Made by a program: the position numbers and the translations under genes
Part shown: one piece after another, positions 17,701 through 26,023 of the stretch
How positions within the stretch are numbered: position 1 is the stretch's first letter
Layout of the letters: every line of letters starts with the position of its first letter
Notes under the pieces: generated by a model
Told to the model about the DNA's origin: nothing
What the model saw: the letters and a program-made list of their open reading frames with translations, nothing else
Databases searched by the model: none
Assembly (NCBI GenBank): GCA_964653635.1
Contig: CAZZGZ010000002.1
Coordinates: 794 to 64,793, forward strand
Origin: an uncultured Lachnospiraceae bacterium
GTDB lineage: Bacteria > Bacillota > Clostridia > Christensenellales > UBA1242
DNA: 64,000 nt
Direction: 5' to 3'

Positions 17701-20105
17701 TATCTTTCACGTCCTCCTATCTCTTCTTCAAGTTGCTCATTAGCTTTAGTTTTACTTGCATCTAAAAGTCTTTTTGCCATGTCCAATTTTTTGGTTAATT
17801 CGTCGAGGTTTTCGGTTGCTTGAGTTTTATTTTCATTCGCTTTTGTTGCATTATTTTGAATTTTTACGATTTCCTCTTGATGTTCTTTTTTCGATTGATC
17901 AACTTGATAGGCCTCTTGATAGGCTTTATCGCTTTCACTTTCTGTTATTGTTTGTTGTGCGGTCTTTATTTCGTTTTCAGCTTCTGTTATTTTTCCTTCA
18001 AGGGTATTTAATTCATTTTGATTATTTGCAATAACTGTTTCGAATTTAACTACCTCTTTTTGTGCAGCCTCCATCTTATTTTCGAGGTTATCCATTTCTA
18101 CTTGTTTTTGACGAATAATTTCAAGTAGTTCATTTTTCTTGTATTCGCTAGCTTCGGTGTCTAACTCTTTTTGTGCATTTTGATATTCAGTGTTTGCATT
18201 ATCATATTCATTTTTAATAGACTCGTGTTTTTTCCTTAATTCCTTCAATGTGTCCCCGTCACCCGTAACATATTCATCTATTGTTTTTTTATCTTTTTCT
18301 AATTTCTTTTGTTCTTGCTGTTTGTTTGAAAGGGTAGTTTTTGCATCTTCGACCTTTTGCACTTCTTCTGGAGTTTTGTATTCACGGATGTTTTTATCAA
18401 CTATATTGTAAGGTTCAGCTGCATCAATCTTCTTATCATATTCGGAAATTTTTTGATTTGTTTTAGAAATCTGCCCAGTCAAATTTTCAACATTTTTTTC
18501 ATCTGACTTTGTAACTCTTTTGACATATTTTTTCTTTTCTTCTTCAATTTGCTCGTCATATTTGGAAGTTGGCTTATTTATTCGGGCATTAAGTTCAGTT
18601 TTTTGCTCTTCTAAGGTCTTATTTTCGGCAAGAGTTGTTGTTAAATCAAATGACGAGTCAGAATCAATAGTATCTTGAATTGCCTGCCTAACAAATTTAA
18701 GAGCATTTTCTTTTCCTTTATATTCATCTAGTTTTTTTCGAATTGATTCTATTTCTTCTGCGGTACGGATATTTGGGTTCGATAGAATTTTCTCATATCT
18801 ATCTCTTAATTCAATATCATCATCCGATAGTGATCCTTTTTTACGCAAACTTTCAAGTTTCTTATCATAGTATTCAATTTCTTGGACAGTGTGATAGGTT
18901 TCATATTTTTCAATCATCTCTTGACAGTGAACTAGTTCAATCCAAGTATCATCAAGTGTCAAGTTTTTCTTGTTTGCATATTCTTCTAGTGCTTTTTCAT
19001 AGTCATGGTCTGGTATATCTTGTTCATATATAGTGTTGATTTCATTTGTTAACAAGTCTTTCACATTTTTATTGAAATTAGTTATCTTTGTGGTGTTAGT
19101 ATTAATTTTATTATCAATATCTTTAGTTTTTTCATCAATAAAATCTTTATAGCCTAGATTAAGTAAACGTTGCTCAAGGTCAGCAATTTTTTCTTTATCC
19201 TTCTCAGTAGGATTTGATTTTTTCTGTAATTCTTTAAGGTTCTCATGGAGTTTTTTACCAACTTCATCACAATACTCAAGATTGCCAAGTTTACCTAAAT
19301 TTTCAGCAATAAAAAGATATTTTTCACTAGAAGTATCCCCACGATCCTTACATTCTTGAATAAGCTGTTCATATTTTTCACGTTCTGCTAGTTTTTGCTT
19401 GTACAATTTCCTTATTTTTTTTGCTTCTTTTGAAAGTCCTGATTCTTTGTCGTGGTATTTGTCACACTCTTTGCAAAATTTGTCTTCATCTATTGTTTTA
19501 TTAGCTTTGTTATAGATTGCTATTCCTAAATTTGCAAGCAATCTTGCACCATTAACTATAGCAGGCGCAACTTTTGTTGCCACAAGCCCTGCAGCAAATG
19601 CTCCCACAAAAGGTAGGGCAGCGGGTAATATTATTGAAATCATTATGGCAGCGGCAGTGAGACCTTTAAAGGCATTTCCAATAGTGTCTGTGTTATCTTT
19701 AAATTTCTTGTACCATGTATCCTTGCCCTTCTCATTTTTGTCAGGTGGTGGAACTTCAAAATATTTTTTTGGATCAGGAGCTTGCTTACTATTTTTAGTT
19801 TTAGCTGCTCTTGCGATTTTTTTTGAATATCCCTGCCTGTCATTTTTCTGCTCAGAGTAAGGGGTATCTGAACTACTATACATGTATGTTGGAAATAATA
19901 CCGAAATTACACCTTTTGTTTGAGTTAGACATTTTGTCGCATTTGAGGGATTATTTTTACAATAGAAAGCGAACGCTTCCATGTATTCATCACGTAAAGA
20001 CTTAATATTGTCAGTCTTTTGTTTACGTGTTAGTTCAGCACACTTCTTTTTGACAGCATTAGAGTAGGCGGTGAAAGAATTAAATTCTCTTGGATCTACA
20101 ATCAT
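17700..20105 (-). CDS. Hypothetical 801-aa protein: about 150-aa N-terminal domain, bilobed hydrophobic hairpin, about 600-aa K/E/N/Q-rich coiled coil
   Basis: Long ORF with a strong SD (AGGAGAatattATG). Hydrophobic stretch LTAAAIMISIILPAALPFVGAFAAGLVATKVAPAIVNGARLLANLGIAIY. The rest is heptad-like and charged. No family recognised. Confidence 0.8.
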   Translation of the reverse strand: MIVDPREFNSFTAYSNAVKKKCAELTRKQKTDNIKSLRDEYMEAFAFYCKNNPSNATKCLTQTKGVISVLFPTYMYSSSDTPYSEQKNDRQGYSKKIARAAKTKNSKQAPDPKKYFEVPPPDKNEKGKDTWYKKFKDNTDTIGNAFKGLTAAAIMISIILPAALPFVGAFAAGLVATKVAPAIVNGARLLANLGIAIYNKANKTIDEDKFCKECDKYHDKESGLSKEAKKIRKLYKQKLAEREKYEQLIQECKDRGDTSSEKYLFIAENLGKLGNLEYCDEVGKKLHENLKELQKKSNPTEKDKEKIADLEQRLLNLGYKDFIDEKTKDIDNKINTNTTKITNFNKNVKDLLTNEINTIYEQDIPDHDYEKALEEYANKKNLTLDDTWIELVHCQEMIEKYETYHTVQEIEYYDKKLESLRKKGSLSDDDIELRDRYEKILSNPNIRTAEEIESIRKKLDEYKGKENALKFVRQAIQDTIDSDSSFDLTTTLAENKTLEEQKTELNARINKPTSKYDEQIEEEKKKYVKRVTKSDEKNVENLTGQISKTNQKISEYDKKIDAAEPYNIVDKNIREYKTPEEVQKVEDAKTTLSNKQQEQKKLEKDKKTIDEYVTGDGDTLKELRKKHESIKNEYDNANTEYQNAQKELDTEASEYKKNELLEIIRQKQVEMDNLENKMEAAQKEVVKFETVIANNQNELNTLEGKITEAENEIKTAQQTITESESDKAYQEAYQVDQSKKEHQEEIVKIQNNATKANENKTQATENLDELTKKLDMAKRLLDASKTKANEQLEEEIGGRER

Positions 20106-20280
20106 AATATTCTCCTAAATTCATCATACATCATTATAACATTATTTTGTCAAATTACAAATTAAAAAATCTAAAAATGCGTTTTTTTTCAAAAATTTCT
20201 GCAAGGATTAACTGATGTGTATGTAAATTGCTTGTTTTTTTTGTGCAATTTTGGTAAAATCAATTAACTAGGAGAATTTT

Positions 20281-22989
20281 ATGTGGCTATTTGGTAATGA
20301 GAACAAGCACGAAATTAAAAAATTGAAAAAGATAGCAGATTGCGTAATTGCTCTTGAAGATAAATACAAACCGATGACAGATGAGGAGCTTAAAGAGCAG
20401 ACTGATATCTTAAAAAAAAGATTATCCTCTAGTGAAACTTTAGATGATATTTTGCCTGATGCGTATGCAGTGGTGCGAGAAGCAGGGGCAAGAGTTTTAA
20501 ACATGCGACATTTTTATGTACAAATCCTTGGAGGCATTGCACTTCATCAAGGGCGTATTGCTGAGATGGCTACTGGTGAAGGTAAAACTTTGGTGGCTAC
20601 ATTACCTGCATATCTTAATGCTCTTACAGGGAAGGGTGTTCATGTGGTGACTGTCAATGAATACCTTGCCAAAAGAGATAGTGAATGGATGGGTAAATTA
20701 TATAAATTTCTAGGGTTAAGTGTTGGATTTTCAATGAGTGGTATGAATGAAAAACAAAAAAAAGATGCCTATGCTTGTGATATCACTTACTGCACTAACA
20801 ATGAACTTGGATTTGACTATCTTCGTGACAACATGGCAGGTTCGGCGGATAGAAGAATGCTTAGAGGGTTAAATTTTGCCATAGTTGATGAAGTGGATAG
20901 TATATTAATTGATGAAGCGAGAACTCCGCTTATCATTTCCGGTAGAGGAATGAAATCAAGCGAACAATACAAGGTGGCAGATAGATTTGCAAAAACATTG
21001 AAAATAGAAGAGGATTTTGAGATAGATATCAAGACTAAGCAAATCAATTTGACAGATGTAGGTGTTGAAAAAGCGGAAAAATATTTTCATGTGGATAATC
21101 TATCTGATGTCAGTTGTATTGAACTCAATCACCATATCATGAACGCTTTAAAGGCAAACTATGTGATGATTTGTGATGAAAACTATATAGTTAAAGATGA
21201 TAAAATCTGCATTGTTGACGAGTTTACTGGACGTCTTATGGATGGCAGAAGATTTAGTGATGGTTTGCATCAGGCGATAGAAGCTAAAGAAGGTGTTGCA
21301 ATCAAGGATGAGAACAAGACACTTGCAACGATAACTTTTCAAAACTTTTTCCGTTTATATACCAAACTTTCTGGCATGACTGGAACTGCTAAGACTGAAG
21401 AGGCAGAATTTAGAACGATTTATAATCTTGATGTTGTCACAATACCATCAAATCTTCCAAACATAAGAAGGGATGAATCGGATATTGTCTTCACCACTGA
21501 AAATGGCAAGTTTGCTGCGATAGTGGAAGAGGTTAAGCTTAGAAATAAAGAAGGACAACCAGTTTTGATTGGTACTGTCAACATAGACAAATCAGAAAAA
21601 CTTAGTAGTGCTCTTCGTAGGGCAGGCATTAAACATGTAGTTTTGAATGCTAAAAATCATGAAAATGAAAGTAATATTATTGCACAGGCTGGTAGATTAG
21701 GGGCAGTAACAATAGCCACAAATATGGCGGGGCGTGGTACAGATATATTATTAGGTGGAAATCCAGAATTTTTAGCAAGAAAAAGAATGGAAGAACAGAA
21801 TTACTCAGATGAAGAGATTTCTTATGCTCTTGCATTTAATCACGTCGATGATGAAAAATTAAACAAGGCCAGAGATAATTATAAAGAACTTCTAGGTCGC
21901 TTCAAAAAGATAACAGATGAAGAAAAAGAGAAAGTAAGGGCTGTAGGTGGACTTCATGTTATTGGTACGGAAAGACATGAGTCAAGAAGAATTGATAATC
22001 AGTTAAGAGGACGTGCAGCACGTCAAGGTGACCCTGGATCTAGTGTGTTCTTTTTATCGCTTGAAGATGACCTTATTAAACGATTTGGCGGGGAAAAGAT
22101 GCAGAAGGTTGCTAACTTTTTTAAACTTGACGAAAGCACTCCAATCCAACTAAAAATGCTCACTAATCAAATAGAAAATGCTCAGAAAAAGATTGAAAAT
22201 CAAAACTTTGCTATGAGAAAAACAGTTTTGCAGTTTGATGATGTACTCAATGTTCAAAGAACAATTATTTATAACGAGAGAAACAAAGTGTTAGACGGAA
22301 TTGATGTTCACAAACAAATTATGAACATGATTCCAACTATTGTCATTAAAACACTTTCTAAGGTGATTGATGAAGAGGCCACGCCTGATAAGTGGGATAT
22401 AGAGAAAATCAATACAGAACTTGAAAAAGTGCTGTTAGATAAGGGTACAAATTTAATACATGTTGAGGATATTAAATCTGCGGAAATTTCTGATCTTGCA
22501 GGGCTTGTAGAAGAAAAGGTTGTTGAGCGTTATAACGATCGTATGAACGAAGCTGGCTCGTTTGGGATTGACTATAATCAAATAGAGAAGATTGTTATGC
22601 TTAAAGTCGTAGATACCAACTGGATGAATCATATTGATGATATGCAAATTATGAAAAACGAAATCTTTTCTCGTGGATTTGGAAATCAAGATCCGGTAAT
22701 TGCGTACAAGAAAGATGGATATGAGATGTTTGATAATATGATTGAAAAAATTCGTGAAGAAACTGTGATTGTACTTTTAAATACGACAATTCAACAAGCA
22801 CCAACTCCAAAAAAGAACATGTTTGCCTATAACAATATAGATGCTAACACCTACAATCCTCAAGATACTTCACTCAATGTCAAGCCATCTCAAGTAAAAA
22901 GTACAAGCGACAAAGTTGGCAGAAACGACATGTGTCCTTGTGGCTCGGGCAAAAAGTACAAGAATTGTTGTGGGAAGAACACGATTTGA
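20281..22989 (+). CDS. secA: Preprotein translocase ATPase SecA
   Basis: 902 aa with MATGEGKTLVATLP, DEVDSILIDEARTPLIISG, TNMAGRGTDI, and the C-terminal zinc motif CPCGSGKKYKNCCG. Confidence 0.97.
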   Translation: MWLFGNENKHEIKKLKKIADCVIALEDKYKPMTDEELKEQTDILKKRLSSSETLDDILPDAYAVVREAGARVLNMRHFYVQILGGIALHQGRIAEMATGEGKTLVATLPAYLNALTGKGVHVVTVNEYLAKRDSEWMGKLYKFLGLSVGFSMSGMNEKQKKDAYACDITYCTNNELGFDYLRDNMAGSADRRMLRGLNFAIVDEVDSILIDEARTPLIISGRGMKSSEQYKVADRFAKTLKIEEDFEIDIKTKQINLTDVGVEKAEKYFHVDNLSDVSCIELNHHIMNALKANYVMICDENYIVKDDKICIVDEFTGRLMDGRRFSDGLHQAIEAKEGVAIKDENKTLATITFQNFFRLYTKLSGMTGTAKTEEAEFRTIYNLDVVTIPSNLPNIRRDESDIVFTTENGKFAAIVEEVKLRNKEGQPVLIGTVNIDKSEKLSSALRRAGIKHVVLNAKNHENESNIIAQAGRLGAVTIATNMAGRGTDILLGGNPEFLARKRMEEQNYSDEEISYALAFNHVDDEKLNKARDNYKELLGRFKKITDEEKEKVRAVGGLHVIGTERHESRRIDNQLRGRAARQGDPGSSVFFLSLEDDLIKRFGGEKMQKVANFFKLDESTPIQLKMLTNQIENAQKKIENQNFAMRKTVLQFDDVLNVQRTIIYNERNKVLDGIDVHKQIMNMIPTIVIKTLSKVIDEEATPDKWDIEKINTELEKVLLDKGTNLIHVEDIKSAEISDLAGLVEEKVVERYNDRMNEAGSFGIDYNQIEKIVMLKVVDTNWMNHIDDMQIMKNEIFSRGFGNQDPVIAYKKDGYEMFDNMIEKIREETVIVLLNTTIQQAPTPKKNMFAYNNIDANTYNPQDTSLNVKPSQVKSTSDKVGRNDMCPCGSGKKYKNCCGKNTI

Positions 22990-23057
22990 GTCGATATTGA
23001 TACTCTTATGTCAATAATATGACATAAAGTGAGTTAGTACAAAAGTTAAGGAGATTT

Positions 23058-24623
23058 ATGAAACAAGATATTTTGTCATTTGGCACTGCGGGAATACGTG
23101 GTATAGAGGGAGAGGGTTTTGCTTACATCAATGAGCAGACTATTTTTTCAGTTGCGGTTGGCATTCGGGACTATTTAGTAAGTCAGGGCTTAAAAAAACA
23201 AACTATAATTTTGGGTTACGACACAAGACTTCACAGCTATGACTATGAGCAAATTTTTATTAAAGTATTTTCATCGAGTAAAATCACAGTACTATATAAT
23301 ACTAATGTTTCACAAACTTCACTAATAACCTTTGGGACGAGATTGCTTAGTGCTGACCTTGGAATTATGATCACTTCTTCGCATAACAAAGCAGAGTATA
23401 ACGGAGTTAAAGTAGTTGGAATGGATGGTATCCAAATTGACGATAAAACTGCGAAAAAAATAGAAGAATACATTGCAATAGCTAGAGATGATATTAAAAA
23501 TGGTACACTTAAATTAGATGATTTTTCTTTAGACAAAAAATTCATCAAAAAATTTCCAAAAAAGATGACTAAAAAATTTAAAAAACTTGCTTTGTCTTTT
23601 TGTAATAAAAAAAGCAAAAAATTAAATATTGTTTACACTCCTTTGCATGGTACAGGAGCGGTCATTATGCCCGAACTTTTTAATAAAGCGAAGTTTAAAA
23701 ATATTCATTTTGTTGAAGAGCAGATGGCTTTTGATTCTAAGTTTTCTACGTGTCCATATCCAAATCCAGAAATGACTAATGTTTATAAACTTGCAAAACA
23801 ACTAGCTTGTCAAGTAGATGCTGACATTATATTTGCTAGTGACCCAGATGCTGATCGCATGGGAGTGATGATAAAAACAAAGTCTGGTGATTACAGATTG
23901 TTAAATGGAAATGAAGTGGGAATAATATTGTGCTACTACCTTTTATCTAAGTATAAGAAAAAAAATGATAAATTTGTGGTGTCAACTGTTGTTTCGTCTC
24001 CATATGTGGAAGACATTGCAAAATTTTATGAATGTGATTGCTATTTCACGTTGACTGGCTTTAAAAATATTGGTGCAAAGATGCAGGAAATTAAAAATAA
24101 AAAATGTGTTTTTGCCTTTGAAGAGAGTTGTGGTTATGTTGTAAGTGATAGACTTAGAGATAAGGATAGTATCTCTGCCATTATGTGTTTTTCAAGTCTT
24201 GCAGAACAACTGAAACTTGCGGGAAGTAGTATTGAAGAATATTTAGAGCATATTTATAGTACCATAGGCTTTGGTTATGTTTCAAGGTCAGAAGGGGTTG
24301 AATTTAGAAGTGTAAAAATAGCTCAAAATTTAGTCAATTTTATCAGAAAAAAGAAACCTAAAGTTTTTGCAGGAGAAAAGATAACTTCAATTTGTGATTT
24401 TTCAAAAACTCATAACTCTAATTTTCTAAAAATCAACTTTTTAAATAAATGTATTATTATAAGGCCAAGTGGCACAGAGCCGAAATTGAAATTTTATGTT
24501 TTTGTTAAATTCGCTAAAGAATGGGACAAGGCAGACGAAGTTGCTAATAGGTTACTAGAAAATTCAATAAAAGAAATTAATAATATTAAAAATTCTGAAA
24601 TATTTAAAAGAGAAAATGCTTGA
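23058..24623 (+). CDS. Phosphoglucomutase/phosphomannomutase family protein
   Basis: Active-site loop TSSHNKAEYNGVK, metal loop SDPDADRMG, FEESCGY, and C-terminal RPSGTEPKLKFY. Confidence 0.85.
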   Translation: MKQDILSFGTAGIRGIEGEGFAYINEQTIFSVAVGIRDYLVSQGLKKQTIILGYDTRLHSYDYEQIFIKVFSSSKITVLYNTNVSQTSLITFGTRLLSADLGIMITSSHNKAEYNGVKVVGMDGIQIDDKTAKKIEEYIAIARDDIKNGTLKLDDFSLDKKFIKKFPKKMTKKFKKLALSFCNKKSKKLNIVYTPLHGTGAVIMPELFNKAKFKNIHFVEEQMAFDSKFSTCPYPNPEMTNVYKLAKQLACQVDADIIFASDPDADRMGVMIKTKSGDYRLLNGNEVGIILCYYLLSKYKKKNDKFVVSTVVSSPYVEDIAKFYECDCYFTLTGFKNIGAKMQEIKNKKCVFAFEESCGYVVSDRLRDKDSISAIMCFSSLAEQLKLAGSSIEEYLEHIYSTIGFGYVSRSEGVEFRSVKIAQNLVNFIRKKKPKVFAGEKITSICDFSKTHNSNFLKINFLNKCIIIRPSGTEPKLKFYVFVKFAKEWDKADEVANRLLENSIKEINNIKNSEIFKRENA

Positions 24624-24648
24624 TTTTTCTCTTTTTATATGTTATAAT
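24620..24648 (+). promoter_or_regulatory. Promoter of rpsF-ssb-rpsR
   Basis: TTGATT(24620-24625), 17-nt spacer, TATAAT(24643-24648). About 68-nt leader with small hairpins, then the SD AAAGGAGG. Confidence 0.55.
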
Positions 24649-24716
24649 AGCAAAGCAGTTAAAAAACTGTCCTTGTCTTTTATAAAAAGACCATTTAGTC
24701 CAAAAGGAGGTTAAGT

Positions 24717-24998
24717 ATGAATAAGTATGAGCTTATGTTTATTGTTTCATCTGATTTAGCTGAAGAAACAAGGGAGAATTTGATAGAAAAAATCAAGACT
24801 TATGTTACAACAAACGGCGGAAATGTTGAAACAGTTGAAAAAATTGGCATGAAAAAGCTTGCTTATCCTATCAACTTTAAAAATGAGGGATTCTATGTTA
24901 TTTTCAACATGGAGTTTCCTGCTGAAAAGGTTGATGCGATGAACAAACTCATGACAATAACAGACGGCATTGTTCGTCAGATTTTTGTTAGAAAGTAA
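24717..24998 (+). CDS. rpsF: 30S ribosomal protein S6
   Basis: MNKYELMFIV... with the typical S6 N-terminus. rpsF-ssb-rpsR synteny. Confidence 0.95.
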   Translation: MNKYELMFIVSSDLAEETRENLIEKIKTYVTTNGGNVETVEKIGMKKLAYPINFKNEGFYVIFNMEFPAEKVDAMNKLMTITDGIVRQIFVRK

Positions 24999-25008
24999 GG
25001 AGAAATAA

Positions 25009-25422
25009 ATGAATAGAGTTATTTTAATAGGAAATTTAACAAGAGATCCAGAATTACAAACGACAAATAGTGGGCTTTCTATATGCAGGTTTTCACTTGC
25101 GGTTCAACGCAGATTTTCTAATGCAGAAGGACAACGAGGGGCTGATTTCATTAACATCACAGCATTTGGAAAGACTGGCGAGATTTGTCATAAATTTTTA
25201 AAGAAAGGGTCAAAATGTGCCGTTTGTGGGAGAATTCAAGTCTCTACATATGAGGCACAAGATGGTACTAAGCGAACATCAACCGACATAATTGCTGATG
25301 AAGTTGAGTTTGTTGGTGCTAGAAACGGCGATGATGGTAGTTCAGAGCAAATAGGGGAGTCAGCATCTTCGAAAGTCGTTGCAGACCTCGATCCTATCGA
25401 TGATGATAGTTTACCATTTTAA
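25009..25422 (+). CDS. ssb: Single-stranded DNA-binding protein
   Basis: OB fold MNRVILIGNLTRDPEL and the acidic tip DDDSLPF. Confidence 0.95.
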   Translation: MNRVILIGNLTRDPELQTTNSGLSICRFSLAVQRRFSNAEGQRGADFINITAFGKTGEICHKFLKKGSKCAVCGRIQVSTYEAQDGTKRTSTDIIADEVEFVGARNGDDGSSEQIGESASSKVVADLDPIDDDSLPF

Positions 25423-25438
25423 TTAAAAGGAGATAATT

Positions 25439-25735
25439 ATGAGCGAAGAAAAGGCAATCGAAAAACAGACTGAAAAAACAGCTACATCTACAACTATTGT
25501 TCCAGTGAAGAAATATCGTAAACCAGTTCAAAAGAAAAAAGTATGTGCATTTTGTATTGCTGGTGAAACAGATATAGATTATAAAGATGTTGCAAAAATT
25601 CGTAAATACGTAACTGAAAAAGGTAAGATAATTCCAAGAAGACAGACGGGTGTTTGTGCTAGACATCAAAGACTTTTAACAGTTGCTGTAAAACGTGCTA
25701 GAAATATGGCACTTCTTCCATATATTGGAGATTAA
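25439..25735 (+). CDS. rpsR: 30S ribosomal protein S18
   Basis: CAFC...[48 protein letters not shown]. Confidence 0.95.
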   Translation: MSEEKAIEKQTEKTATSTTIVPVKKYRKPVQKKKVCAFCIAGETDIDYKDVAKIRKYVTEKGKIIPRRQTGVCARHQRLLTVAVKRARNMALLPYIGD

Positions 25736-25746
25736 AAGGAGACATT

Positions 25747-25956
25747 ATGAAAGAAAATATTCATCCAGATTATCATGAGGTAACTGTGACTTGTGCATGT
25801 GGTAACACCTTTAAAACAAAATCTGTTTGTAAGGGCGACACACTTAAGATAGATATCTGCAACAAATGCCACCCATTCTTCACGGGGAAGAAGAAAGTTG
25901 TTGATAACAGTGGTAATGTTGAAAGATTTAAAAAGAAATATGGTTACACAGAATAA
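25747..25956 (+). CDS. rpmE: 50S ribosomal protein L31 (zinc type A)
   Basis: [12 protein letters not shown], CxC...[10 protein letters not shown]. Confidence 0.95.
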   Translation: MKENIHPDYHEVTVTCACGNTFKTKSVCKGDTLKIDICNKCHPFFTGKKKVVDNSGNVERFKKKYGYTE

Positions 25957-25964
25957 TTATAAAA

Positions 25965-25990
25965 AATAAGAGATTTTCTCTTATTTTTTT
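25965..25990 (+). terminator. Rho-independent terminator after rpmE
   Basis: AATAAGAGA(25965-25973)/TCTCTTATT(25977-25985) followed by a T-run. Confidence 0.75.
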
Positions 25991-26023
25991 GTATTAAAAT
26001 GATTTTTTTTGAAATAATGTTTC

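Noticed and set aside
16403-20280. A tRNA-adjacent genomic island (MBL hydrolase plus coiled-coil gene) bounded by tRNA 3'-end direct repeats
   Set aside because: There is no integrase, recombinase or mobility gene. The direct repeats are all clustered next to the tRNA rather than flanking the two genes. I saw no distal att copy before secA. The idea is kept only as a weak alternative within the tRNA-repeat finding.
22990-23057. Hairpin CTTATGTCA/TGACATAAG after secA as a rho-independent terminator
   Set aside because: It is a perfect 9-bp stem but no U-tract follows it. It may still be a processing or weak termination site, but I cannot support it as a feature.
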